A DNA stretch of 64,000 nucleotides from Octopus bimaculoides (Eukaryota), in NCBI RefSeq assembly GCF_001194135.2, contig NC_068983.1:137332429-137396428 (forward strand). Reading direction: 5' to 3'. Both the position numbers and the translations under genes were made by a program. The notes below the pieces were generated by a model. That model worked only from the letters and a program-made list of their open reading frames with translations. It searched no databases and was not told where the DNA came from. Positions within the stretch are counted from its first letter, which is position 1, and the number at the start of each line of letters is the position of its first letter. Shown here one piece after another: positions 25,300-37,258 of this stretch.

Positions 25300-26530
25300 T
25301 TGTGTAAGGAGAATCAGTTTTGGTGGTACATGTACTACCTCTTCCAAGCTACTCTCTCAATCTTGGACTTGACAACTGTTTTCATTGTCTTGATGTAGGC
25401 TACCTCTATTCACCTTAAGATTTGTGGATTTGTGGGGAAAAGTGAGGAGGCATGACATGCTCAGAACCTCCCAGACCATCACAGTGATGAGGATTTCAAT
25501 AGATCTATCATAGAGCCATTTGTGATTCCTCCTGTTCACTTTTTGGACATGAACTGCTCTCTTTTTATTACAGATTTTGTACTTGATATCGTCATACACA
25601 GCACAGCTAATTGTTGATTCAGACACATGGCAATGGCCCTCATTGACTTGTTAGAATTCCTATTGGTGATAACAATGTACTAAACTGATTGGCAATCTGC
25701 TATGCTTGAGAAGACCCATACATCTCAGCAAAAGGGTGACCCTAAAAGCATAATATGTCTGTGCCCCTACAGCAAATCTGTCCTTGATATGTCTTCCCCA
25801 CAACTCATCTTCCTAACACTCCCCACCTTCTGGACTCATTTTATAGTAGCACTTTTCATTTAACTTCTGTAATTATATGAGTGCAGCACTGCATGCACAT
25901 TTTTCACCCCCCATCTTTTTATGCTTCCACTCACCATCCCTGGAACCACTTCTTTTGTTTTTTGCATTTCCTGTATCATCCCATGCCACCTTATTTTCCA
26001 CTGAACACTGTTTTCTCCTTTACAGCCCCCCCCCCCTCACTTATATTTGCTTCCTATTATTTCCACTCTTATGTGCTTCTGACCTTGTACCTAACACTGT
26101 TCATATCTTGCACACTGCTTACACTTCACATCACCTGTGCACCTCCTATTGTCTTCACCTTCTGCTCCTTACTATTTATATTCACCATTGATCATACTTC
26201 CACCCATTCACTGCATCCACCTCTATCTCTATCCATCTGCTATTCTCCTTTAACACTCTTGCAAACTTACCTTCCCATTCATCTTACCTAATCCTCTGGA
26301 CCACTTCACTTATGTTCACCTTTTTGTAACTTGAAGGCACATCCTGACACCTCTTCACCATTTGCTCTCCTTTTCAACTGAAATAATCTAGTATCTCCTG
26401 TACTGCAAGACACCTGTTTCTCTCCCTCTATCATACTTTAACATCTCATCATCTGGCATATAACAACCTCCTTCAGTACTATGCTCACCTCAATTGAGAG
26501 ATCTTGCCTTACAAGTTACTTGGTGACCTC
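25300..26530 (-). mobile_element. Highly degraded RTE-like LINE fragment
   Basis: Purine-rich minus strand with remnants resembling the RRLRW.GH..RM region of RTE reverse transcriptases; many stops. Confidence 0.35.
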
Positions 26531-26539
26531 ACTTTATAC

Positions 26540-26745
26540 CAGTTCCATGTACCCAGTACCATTCTTTGAAGTACCCTGTACATTCTTTGAAGTAGTTGGC
26601 ATTAAGAAGGGCATGCAGTCATACAAACCTGGCCTAAGTAGGTATTGGAGATTGTTACAGTCCTCTGGCTTATTGGCTCCTGTCAAACAGTCCAATTCAT
26701 GCTTCATGCCAGCATGGAAAACTGACATTAAGCAATGACAGTATG
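26540..26745 (+). mobile_element. SINE 3' fragment (family of 1-376)
   Basis: GTTGGCATTAAGAAGGGCATGCAG...TGCCAGCATGGAAAACTGACATTAA, same orientation as the copy at 1-376. Confidence 0.7.
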
Positions 26746-27449
26746 TACATAAGGTGTAGCATAGCTACATGTTGAAGAACCTTGCTGCTCAACCATGTGG
26801 TCTCGAGTTGTGTTTTCTGCTATAGCCCCAGCTCGACCAAAATCTTGTGAGTGGATTTGGTAGAATGAAATTGAAAGAAACTCGTCATACATATATGTTT
26901 GTGCTTTTGTCTAAGCATCATGGTTCTAAACAAACATTGCCTTCATGCAAACAATATTCATTTCCAGTTTTCTGTGAAAAACATGTCTGGCCACGAGGAA
27001 ATGTTAGCTTGTTTGGTGATGGTTGACAGGAGGAAGGTTATCTGCGTGTAGAAAATCTGCCTCACAAATTCTGTCTGATCCATGCTAGCATAGAAAAGTG
27101 AATGTTAAGTGATGATGATGTATGTATATTAAGTCTTCTTAACTGAGATTGAATACTGGTTGGCTGCTGGTGCATCCTCCTCTTCCACTCCATCTGTTTT
27201 GCCAGGCCAGGTGAGTGTCTATGTCTGCTCTTGATGACATAAGCACCTAAAATAAATGAATCCATAGTACAAGCTACCAGATCCTGTTCAGTTACAACTG
27301 ATGATAAAGCAAGCAATAGATGTAGACGTGAATGTGTGTATGTGTGTATCTATACGCATACACACATGCACAAAGTTTGAAAGAATAGGGTTATGGAGGA
27401 CCACCATGGTTATGTAAAGCAGCAAAACATGTCAAAGGCATGTTAGAAC

Positions 27450-28050
27450 CAGACTTTAAGAACTCTTGAGAAAGAACACAAACAGATGATGGCTTCCTCC
27501 AAAAAAAATATCCAGCATAGGTTGAACTGAAAGTATCTTTTCACTTATAGCAAGACTTATCTTCAACTTGCCTTTAAATCTCTGAATATTGTTTAGCATT
27601 AAGTATCATATTCTGAACTTATTAATTATGTCCCTGCAAAGCATTGCAGCTCAGGCTCTACAGTAGTCTCAACCACTTCTGAAGGGGAATACTGACCCTA
27701 CTTTCAAAGTCCTCAACTGTGGTTGTTGAGAACTTGTATATAAAAAGGGGCTAAAGAACCCATGGGAGGGTGCCTTACTGGTAAACCCAAGCCTTGATAT
27801 TTCCAGTTATTTGTCCATTGTGGCCAATTGCACTTCCAATTCTTAGTTGATCTCACAAATGGATGTGCTTTTCAAGCTGCTGTCAAACACCTTTTGCAGA
27901 CTGATTTTTTGCTGATAGATGGTATTTCTTGACTGTATTGAAATTCATGTGAGTCCAAATCATCAGCTTCGCTAAGCTCTTCTGACTACCAGGCACCAGA
28001 ATTGGTGAGCAGCTCTTACCTCTGAACTTCAGCTGACATTACCATCATGC
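27450..28050 (-). mobile_element. Degraded CR1/L2-like LINE reverse transcriptase
   Basis: Minus-strand remnants LQKVFDS, GSLAPFLY and CFAG resemble KAFDSV, GSVLGPLLFLIY and FADD motifs. Confidence 0.45.
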
Positions 28051-29967
28051 CAATAGCAAGTCTGTAAAGGATCACTAACATGTTATATCCTGTGATAATA
28101 CCTTTCTCAAGATTGTATCACTCTGGGGTTGTAGGAGGCATCATGTCAGAGTAAAATTATCATGTGATATGGGAATTTTCTATATTAAAGCAAGCATTAC
28201 CCATTTTGGAGGGGGTTTTCCAAAGAACTCACTGCTGAGAAACCAGATTACATGTTCTACATGAATAGAGTACGTGACTTTGCCCTGTAGCTTGTGAGAT
28301 CCTGTCAAACTGTCCAACCCATGCTAGTATGGAAAGTAGACATTAAATATGATGATGATGACAACAACAACAACAACAATCTAATAACTTTGTTGCCTCA
28401 TTCTCAGTACCACCAACATGCTAGGTCACAAAGAATCTAAGGGATCTATGGGTCAAGAACAACATAGTTCTACCCTTTCATCTTATGACACTAGAGAGGA
28501 GTTTAAACTTGAGAAACCATGGTGGATAATAAAAAGGAAGAAGAAAAAATGAGCCTGAACTAAGAGGGTGTAGGAGGTTAGTAATTCCTCTAGAAATGCC
28601 TATCTAGCTGAAGTGGCTGTGTTTCATGGTTGTTCAAATTAGTGGTGAGATTGGTCAAAATACAGAGTGAGCCAAAGGAGAACAAAGAGAATAATGTGTT
28701 AATTGTGGAGGAGATTATATATATAAGTTTATATCAAAGTACAAAAATGTAAGCTAGTCTCCATACAGCTAATAATCTATTCTCCACAGGACATTGGAAA
28801 ATTCACTGTTCTCCCAATTTGAAAGTACTGATGGGCAGGGATTTCAAAGGCCTATTTTAGCAGATGATTATTGAAGCCCATGAGCTGCCCTGATTTTGGC
28901 CGTGCAATGGTTTATCATCTTTGTAGTTGAGTGGCCCTCATTTGTATTATGTAACTAAGTTTTGAACTCATTTTAGTAAATTTAATTAGTTTCTGCCATA
29001 CCACCCCATTTATCAAATTATTCACATTGTTTTGATGCATTCAAATCTTTTGTTCTTTCTAGTTTAAAAATTATTACTTATTAGTAGGTTATTTTTCAGC
29101 TAAGGAAACCTCTTCCTCTTTATACCACATACAAAAGTTAAATGTAACAAGATCTTAACTACATGCTCATTTATTGTAGCATACGCATGTGTGTGTGTGT
29201 ATAATAATTGATTAAGTAAACAACAGATGGAATTGGTATAACAACCGTTTTGACCCATCCTGCGACTGTCCTTTATGGATGGGATGCTGTGCATCATATT
29301 ATGTTGCATCAATCTTGCAATCTGAGTCACATCAGGTACATTCATACATAAATGGTGTCTCGCTAAAGATCTTGAGTTTTGGCATGTGTGTGTCCGTTGT
29401 ATAGGCTTAGTGGTGCAAACAGAAAAATAGAACTCAAAATATAAGTGTATATATATAGATGTGCGTGTGTGTTTTAATTATCAGCAAAAGTTAGAGTATA
29501 TCAAGGGCCGATGCACAAAGCTTGCAGCTTTTGAGTCACTGTAACCTCTGCCAATTATTAATAATAAAATATATATATATATGGTGAAAAATCTTTGCGA
29601 TTTGATCTTTTGCATTTTGCTTCCATCTACCAGTTTTCTATTATTTTCGGTACATTATTTTCTACCCTATAAATGAGGGAATTGATGGCGTTTTTTTTTT
29701 TCTTTGTGCAAGAAATCAATTTTTTCCTTTGTATGGCTTATGTCGTCCTTATTAGTTATCTCCCTTCTATTTGCCACTTTTACATGTTACTTTTTAAGGC
29801 ATATGACAAATGTAGCCAATCAGAATCCTTTAAAATATCACATGGTTTGTCATGATAGACAAAATGGACTGCTGAATAGCATACATTTCTTTTTCTTATA
29901 ATTTAAAAGAAAATTGAATTGCCTTTGTTCTATCTTTCATTTTTGCTGCACAAAATCAAAAGAATTG

Positions 29968-30322
29968 ATGATGGAAAGACATATTGGAACACAAACCACA
30001 GTTTATGATATTGTAACCCAGTGTCAATGCCCTCAAATATTTTGTTCTTATAAAGATATTGAAGATCATGTGAAGTACACATTATTTACTAACTTTCATA
30101 ACTTGGCTAGTTGGAACTTGCAAAATTTATATTTGTCTAATTTAATGAAGAAGAAAGCTTGCAAAGGACAGTGTTTGCATAAGAGAAAAGATCCTAACTT
30201 TTCACGTCGAACTTGTACATGGGAATATTTTTTAAATATTGATGGGAGGTTAATTAGAGTTTGTTCAAAGGCTTTCCGATTTGTTCACGGCATTAGTGAC
30301 AAACGAGTTAGAAAAGCTCAAG
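29968..30322 (+). CDS. Cys-rich transposase-N-terminus-like module of uncertain family (phase-1 donor)
   Basis: 118 open codons: CQCPQIFC...LFTNFHNLASWNLQNLYLSNL...SRRTCTWEYFLNIDGRLIRVCSKAFRFVHGISDKRVRKAQ. Resembles the CxC..C / Q..YL / R..T..Y.L / RVCK.FF...GIS motif set I recall from uncharacterised invertebrate transposase-like proteins. Strong donor AAG|GTAAGA at 30322/30323. Confidence 0.7.
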
Positions 30323-30687
30323 GTAAGAATAACTGTATCTATTTGAGTGCATAATGTTATCTTTTCAAGTGGTTCTAAAGTAACTCATAAGTAAAATAGT
30401 TTAAGAGATTAGTTATTGATTTCAAGTCTTTTTTGTTGTTGAATAGTTTTATAATTCAGTTGTTACAAATACAGAGTTAGAAAGCATTGTGTATGATATT
30501 GTTGTATGAATCTGATAACTTTGTCATAATTTATTGTAACAGTTCTTATGGAGTTTTATGTAGCCATACCAGAGATCTCATTCCATTTAGACATTGAGTC
30601 TTTTGCACTGTGGAATATTCTCAGTATAGAACACTTTCTGCATCTTTACAGCATTCAACTGTGGTCATCAAATGTAAATCATTCATC

Positions 30688-31090
30688 ATCATCATTTAAT
30701 GTCTGCTTTTTATGCTGGCATGAGTTAGACACTTTGATTGGAACTGGTAAGGCAGAGAGCTGCAACAGGTTCCAGTCTTATTTTGGCTTGGTTTCTACAG
30801 CTGGATGCTCTTCCTAATGCTGACCACTCAGAGAGTGTAGTTGGTGCCTTTTACTGGCACAGGTGCTATTACGTGTCACCAACACCGGCCACAACTATAA
30901 TTTCACTTGGCTTGACGAGTCTTCTCAAGCACAGCAAATTGCCAATGGTCACAATCACTTGTCATTGCCTCGGAGAACCCACATTCAAAGATCTTGCTTC
31001 ACCTTCTCATCCTATGTCTTCCTGACTATGTATGATTGAATGCACAAATCCCTCTCGTGGGGATGATGTTTATCCATTGTTGTTAATGAT
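30688..31090 (-). mobile_element. SINE copy (reverse orientation relative to 1-376)
   Basis: CATCATCATCATTTAATGTC...TGCTGGCATGAGTTAGAC...GGCTGGATGCTCTTCCTAATGCTGACC. Confidence 0.7.
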
Positions 31091-31339
31091 AACCAAAGAT
31101 ATTACCTGGGAGAAGAAGATCGGTCATAGTGTGTCCAGCTGTGGCTGATCAATCCAATGCCTGCTCAGAAGGCTCTAGTGGTCTGCTTGGACTGAAGGCA
31201 AAGAGTTGGCTCTGACTTGTGCAGTTCAAGATTTCTTTGTGTTCCTGCAATCCTGTTCTCTTCATAGGAAGTGGCACCTCTTGTGATTGGCTACATGTGT
31301 ATAAGATTATGGAAAAGATGGCATTCTGTTGACTATATC

Positions 31340-32010
31340 AACCTAATGGGGGTGGGTGGCAATGAAATAGACCTCTAGGAATTTAACGCCAGACTGGAAA
31401 AAGCAGTTGGAGCATATGGAATGGAAGCTTGTCCAGAAAAGAGTAAAATACTAGTCAAGAGACACAACTACAATACAGCAACCAACATACTGTGTAAAGC
31501 AAAACTTGAAACAGTAGACAGCTTTTACTTTGGATTCATTTTAAGAACAGCAGCTCAGTAAAGGAGATAAAAAAAAAAGTACAACTTGGTATATTCTCTT
31601 CTACCATGAAGTCAAACATTGTCAGAAGTGTAGTTACATCAAAGCTCAAACTGTAGGAATTCTCTTTGACTTAGAAATTTTTATACGGGTGTGAAAGCTG
31701 AACAGTTACAGCTTAACACAGAATTTAGAATCCAGGCACTTGAGTATGATTGCTTCGAGGGCTGTTATTTGTCCCCTATGCAAAGCACAAAACCAACAGC
31801 TTTGTTAGCAACTTACCAGATACGCTGGCAGGTGAGAGCCATGCCCTACCATAATGAAACAACAAAAGCTCATCTGATATGGACATGTATCCTACTATGA
31901 TTCCCTATCCAAAACTATTCTCCAGGACATAGTTATGGGGTAGGGCCAAGAAAAGAGCAAGCAAAGAAATCCTGTTCTGCAGCCCTTCCATATATGAATG
32001 GAGACAATAG
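31340..32010 (+). mobile_element. Degraded RTE-type LINE reverse transcriptase fragment
   Basis: LEKAVGAYGMEACPEKSKILV and KTILQDIVMG remnants resemble YGMEISAEKSKIM and KTILQG of RTE elements. Confidence 0.65.
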
Positions 32011-32087
32011 CCAAAATACCTAGAATGAACACTGGTAATAATTGGCTGTATCAGTCATAAGAAAATTAATTAAATACATAGATACAT

Positions 32088-32091
32088 ACAT

Positions 32092-32150
<59 letters not shown>
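32088..32150. repeat. (CA)n/(TA)n microsatellite
   Basis: Directly visible; another (TA)n run at 32606-32637 borders the gap. Confidence 0.95.
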
Positions 32151-32233
32151 TAAAAGAGAGAGAATGTTGTACATACTTAACTCCTGTTTACCTGTCTGAC
32201 AAAAATCAGAATACCCTGTGTTAAAAGGCATTC

Positions 32234-32605
32234 NNNNNNNNNNNNNNNNNNNNNNNNNNNNNNNNNNNNNNNNNNNNNNNNNNNNNNNNNNNNNNNNNNN
32301 NNNNNNNNNNNNNNNNNNNNNNNNNNNNNNNNNNNNNNNNNNNNNNNNNNNNNNNNNNNNNNNNNNNNNNNNNNNNNNNNNNNNNNNNNNNNNNNNNNNN
32401 NNNNNNNNNNNNNNNNNNNNNNNNNNNNNNNNNNNNNNNNNNNNNNNNNNNNNNNNNNNNNNNNNNNNNNNNNNNNNNNNNNNNNNNNNNNNNNNNNNNN
32501 NNNNNNNNNNNNNNNNNNNNNNNNNNNNNNNNNNNNNNNNNNNNNNNNNNNNNNNNNNNNNNNNNNNNNNNNNNNNNNNNNNNNNNNNNNNNNNNNNNNN
32601 NNNNN
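32234..32605. other. Assembly gap (N run); other gaps at 1918-1957, 37259-37462 and 41512-41538
   Basis: Runs of n. Confidence 0.98.
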
Positions 32606-32641
<36 letters not shown>

Positions 32642-33109
32642 AATTATTTGTGGAGCAGCAGAAATAGTTGTTTTGATTTTCAGAATTGGATTCACTTTTC
32701 ATTCATATATTACCAATAAAATATTAGTTTAGTATTGCAGTTGATTTGATTAGTTACTTCACTAATTAATTTGTGGCCTTGTGCTAGTAGTAGAGAAACT
32801 ATTCATAGTATAGACGACTGTTAACATACTGGTCTTCAGTTTTTTGGCCTGTAAACTGCAGTTCAGTTTCTTATGCAACATGAATTAGATGCCTTTGTGC
32901 ATGTATCAAAATTATATTTTTGTTTATATATGGTTACAATTACTGTCATTATAACATTTTATTTATTCAGTGTTATATTCTTTACTGGTAAAACTAATGT
33001 TTTTGAAGCAGTTTTTTATATTTATTTATTTTGTGCAGTAGTAAATTATTAATATGCTTATGTATTTGTTTTGCAAGATTGTTGATATGAAATCATGTGT
33101 TGAAACAGA

Positions 33110-34219
33110 TATTGTTATATTAGAGGATGGTCATATTTTGCCAATAAACACATGCACTATTTATTTTATCTTCACTTTAGCAGCAGCAATAGTAGTAGTA
33201 GTATTCTTTCATCACACATTCTGTGACCTCTTCAGCAAAAGACAAAATGGTATAGACAGGACAAAACCAGAGAGGAAAGGAGACAGAAAGTCATTGAAGA
33301 GGCCACAGAATGTGCAAGAAGAGAACTCTGAAGAATAAATTAATAATAATAATAATCCCCTCTACTAAAGGCACAAGGCCTGGAATTTGTGGGGAGGGGA
33401 CTAGTCGATTACATTGACCTCCAGTGTTTCACTGGTACTTAATTTATCAACCCCAAAAGGATGAAAAATAAAGTTGACCTCAGCAGAATTTGAACTCGGA
33501 ACATGGCGAGGGGCGAAATACTGCTAAGCATTTCAACCAGCATGCTAACGATTCTGCCAGCTCACTGCCTTAATAATGATAATTATTATAATAATAATAA
33601 ATGCCCTGATGCAGTACTAGGCACTGGCCCTCATGGTTTTTGATCTTAAGTGATTGGAAGTGTTATCATGTACATGTTTTCGCCTTGGTATAAAGGATGG
33701 GCTACAGCAAATATTCTGCTCAATACCACAGATTTGCTTGTCAGTTGTTTGACCGAAACCAGTTGAGCATGTCCCTTGGTGGCTGACGATATGTGCATCT
33801 CTGATCGCAAACAGAAATAATGTGGAGGCGGTGGGCATCATAGTCACATGTTGACAGGAATTCTTTGGGATTTGAATAATTCACCTCTGGGAACATGGGT
33901 TTTATATTCAACATCCTTAAACAACCCTTATTCAGGGACCTTTTGAGTAGGATGAACTACTTGACCTGATGAAAATTCTCACTGGGACCCCACCTGGAAA
34001 GTCATGCACTGTTTATCTTGATATGAGATCACCATGTCATGCATGTATGGGTGTGATGCATGTACCTGGTGTACTCTTATCAGACAGGAACTGGGCTTCA
34101 CCTCAGCCATCACTTTGATGGCATGCACTGCTCTCTCACTCAATAATAATAAAATGAAGATCAAATAAATAGAGCATGTGTTTACTGGCAAAAGATGACC
34201 GTCCCCAAATGTAACAATA
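33110..34219. mobile_element. TIR element (mariner-derived MITE-like) with two nested SINE-type repeats
   Basis: About 70-bp imperfect inverted termini (TATTGTTA.ATT.G.GGA.GGTCAT.TTTTGCCA.TAAACACATGC at 33110-33180; reverse complement at 34150-34219) starting and ending in TA. Nested repeats at ~33345-33575 and ~33600-33975. Confidence 0.65.
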
Positions 34220-34595
34220 AATTATTCATATATTAAGTTTTTTTGCTGTGATATTACATTTTTTAGTTATGGTGTAAATTATTGTAATATGCACGCACCA
34301 AAGGGGGTGAAAAGCTGTGAAGGTTCTGTAATTCCACCATTCAATTTAACAAAATTGCCAACACTCAATTTCCACATAACACATTTCCTTCTTTTAAAAC
34401 CTATTTTATTTTCTTCACCATTTCCACTCATTAACTTCCATAAAACATTTTCGAAGTTCTCTTAAATGTATGAAGCTACAATAATTCGTTTTGTATAGTT
34501 GAGTGCTACTCGAGGCCATTTACAAGGATGTTGTATAGTGTAGTAAAAAGTGAGTAGTGTAAGACTTTATCTTGAAGCTGTTTGGTCAAAAGCAA

Positions 34596-35028
34596 ATGCC
34601 ATCTAGTAAATCGAAATCTCATATGGTTGTTATACGTGCTGTAGATGAAGGTACCAAAAAAAAAAAAAAAACGAAAAAGTATTTCGGTATCCCACCAATG
34701 ACATAAAAAATTATGAAAGATCGCGCTCGTACTTTGTCTGACTATGCCTCATAGCAACGCTAGCGAGATCATCATCATCGTTTAACGTCGTCCTTTCATG
34801 TTGGCATGGGTTGGACGGTTAGAGGTGCAATTTATAAAGATGTCGGAAAGACCATTTAGAAATGGGTCCTACAGCTTCGCCGTCAGGGAGTACAACTAAA
34901 TTCTACTGAAATCAAAAATTAAACTGTACAAGTAACGCAGTCTTGGTTGTAGTAGATTTTGCGTTTGAATAATTGATATGAGCTCTTTCTGGCTAGATAC
35001 AGGCAACAGTTTTCATGGGCTTGACAAC
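34596..35028 (+). pseudogene. Decayed paralog of the Psq/CENP-B HTH module at 42189
   Basis: Aligns by eye with 42189-42630 (e.g. AAATGGGTCCTACAGCTTCG.CGTCAGGGAGTACAA). Contains deletions, stops, an expanded A-run and a ~55-bp SINE-tail insertion (~34768-34822). Flanks are also homologous (34331 vs 41809; 35160 vs 42776). A GTGAGA donor remnant remains at 35029. Confidence 0.85.
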
Positions 35029-36558
35029 GTGAGATAAACAAAAAGTGTGATGGTAGTGGTAGCAGACGTAGAGTATATGAAAGAGAAATACTCTCATAGA
35101 AAGAGTCGAGTAACATCAACGTTGAAGTGAAAGAGGGGAAAAAAAAAACAATATGAAAACACACCTGAGTTGGACTTCGAGTTTGATGTCATGTAGTGTA
35201 CAAGCAATGTGTTTAAGAGGCTGGCTGCTAGATATATAACGTAGTAATCTAGAAAATCAGTCTATGGTCACGTTTTGTATCTTCATCGTTTCTTAAAAAT
35301 CACAGCTGTCTTTCCGTTCCTAACCATATTATTTACTTTCTGCACTCAAATTCCTTGTTCTTTCTGTTATATTTCGGTATTGTATAAACAGTAATGTATG
35401 GTATGTTTCTAATAAAATCAAAAATGAGTGACAAACCAGTGTTATCACTTTGTATGTATATGTCACTTCAAGAAACGATTGTTATATATAAACAGAAAGG
35501 GATGGGATACTTTTATTCAATATTTGGAAAGATGAATGTTCTTTATTTACTCGTACACAAGCTGTTAAACTGATAGTTGCAATTTAATTTAGAAAAACTG
35601 TTAAAATAATAGTGAACGTTTACACGCTTACTAAATCTGGAGAGACCGTATGTGCTCAATATAAGAAAGGTTGTGGATTATATGATAATTTTAGTTTGAA
35701 ATTTATTGATTTTCTTTTAACTCGCTGTCATTCTGAAACTGGTGAAAAGTGTTATTAAATTTTGGTTGTGTTTGTAAGTGAAGCTAATGGCTTGAGTTTG
35801 TTTCCTAGTTGGATCACCTCCAGCTAAGTTAATTCTCTTTTACCTTAACTTGACTAGCACTTTTTTTTTAACCGCAAGCTTAACTCATTAGTGCCCATGG
35901 TCTTTTAAGTTCACAAGAATTGATTATTAATTTACCAACAATTTTAGAGGTATATCTAAAATCAGTTGATTTTTAAAATGGCACTCTTGATAACTAATAC
36001 CGAAGCATTGCCATTAATCATAAGGCTAAAGTGTCTTCTAAAAACTACACACATTTCAATGAATATTGGCAACGCCCTGAAATTTTTTCGTTCTTATAAA
36101 GATAGAGAGTGAAAATTTGGGATGAAGCAAATAATTTGAGCATTAAGGGGTTAAGTAAAAGTTATTTATGACTATCAGAATTTAAAAGAGTGGATAATCT
36201 ATTGGCCTAATCAAATCTCGTCTTTTGTTCACTCTATATGTGTAACATTGAATCTTTGGATTGCGTATTTAATAATTATCAATCTAATCTGAGTGTTAAT
36301 TATCGAATGATTCTATGTAGTGAGAGATTTGGCGATCTTACGATACTAGTCACACGGCTGTCTCTTATAAACCACGTGTGTTTATTTACATTTGTGAAGA
36401 TGATCGTCCGTTTCCGTAAAAAAATTTTTTTAATGTTTACATATGGGGTTGTGGAGAAAGGGGATCTTTTGAAGTCGGCGTGAAAGCGAAAGAGACAGAG
36501 AGAGCGCGATTGTATGAGGGAAGTTCTTTTGAAGTTGGCGTGAATCGGAAAAATTATG

Positions 36559-36681
36559 GGTAATTTTTTAGATTAACACCCGAACGATCTTCACTAGGCT
36601 GTTAGGGTTTGGGTTAGGGAATTCGTCCCTAACTCTAACCCCCTAGTGAAGATTGTGCGGGTGTTAATCTAAAAAATTACC
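36559..36681. repeat. Near-perfect 123-bp palindrome with telomere-like GGGTTAGGG arms
   Basis: GGTAATTTTTTAGATTAACACCCG..CGATCTTCACTAGG...GGGTTAGGGA ATTCG TCCCTAAC...CCTAGTGAAGATT.TGCGGGTGTTAATCTAAAAAATTACC. Confidence 0.85.
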
Positions 36682-37117
36682 AAATTATGTGCGTGTGTGT
36701 GTCTGTTTGATGGGGTGTGCGAGACAAAGTGTGGTGTGCATGTGAAGTGCTTTTGTTATTGTGTGTGTATGTGAGAGAGAGATAACTGAAATTTTTTTAT
36801 TCACTTTTTGTAGTGAGTGATTGACAGAGAAAAAGTGAGAGGTTATGTATGAATGGCTTCAGTGACACGCACGCAGGTTGTTATATATATATGTATATGT
36901 ATATATATATAATTATATGTATTTCTTCTATCTTAATGAATAAAAATTCTTCGGATAGAATAAATGGGTTAATAGAAACCAATGTAGCAAAGAACACAAA
37001 ATAACTGTGGTGTAGTTCCTGTTTTTAAAGCAGGAACCCCTTGAAATTTTGGGTATTTGAGTATATTTAAAAATTTAAGGAATGGAGAAAACGCATGTTA
37101 TAATTGCATACTTTATT

Positions 37118-37258
37118 CCTACATATGTTTCAAAGGATTGCAACCTATGTGATCCATAGGGATTGATTCCCATGCATTCCCTGAAGAGAAGGTTACAATT
37201 TTAATATCATAGATCCCTATGGATCACACAGGTTGTAATCCTTTGAAACATATGTAGG
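37118..37258. repeat. Inverted repeat, 46-bp arms and ~49-bp spacer, abutting an assembly gap
   Basis: CCTACATATGTTTCAAAGGATTGCAACCTATGTGATCCATAGGGAT versus its reverse complement at 37213-37258, 2 mismatches. Confidence 0.85.

Noticed and set aside
25877-26291. 104-aa and 136-aa hydrophobic ORFs
   Set aside because: Antisense read of a purine-rich degraded LINE; low-complexity composition.
28019-28060. Minus-strand 42-nt segment with good acceptor and donor
   Set aside because: It lies at the edge of a degraded LINE reverse transcriptase; most likely coincidental.
32070-32702. Long ORFs (210, 172, 141 aa) and 37217-37522 in the ORF track
   Set aside because: Artefacts of reading through N gaps and (TA)n repeats.
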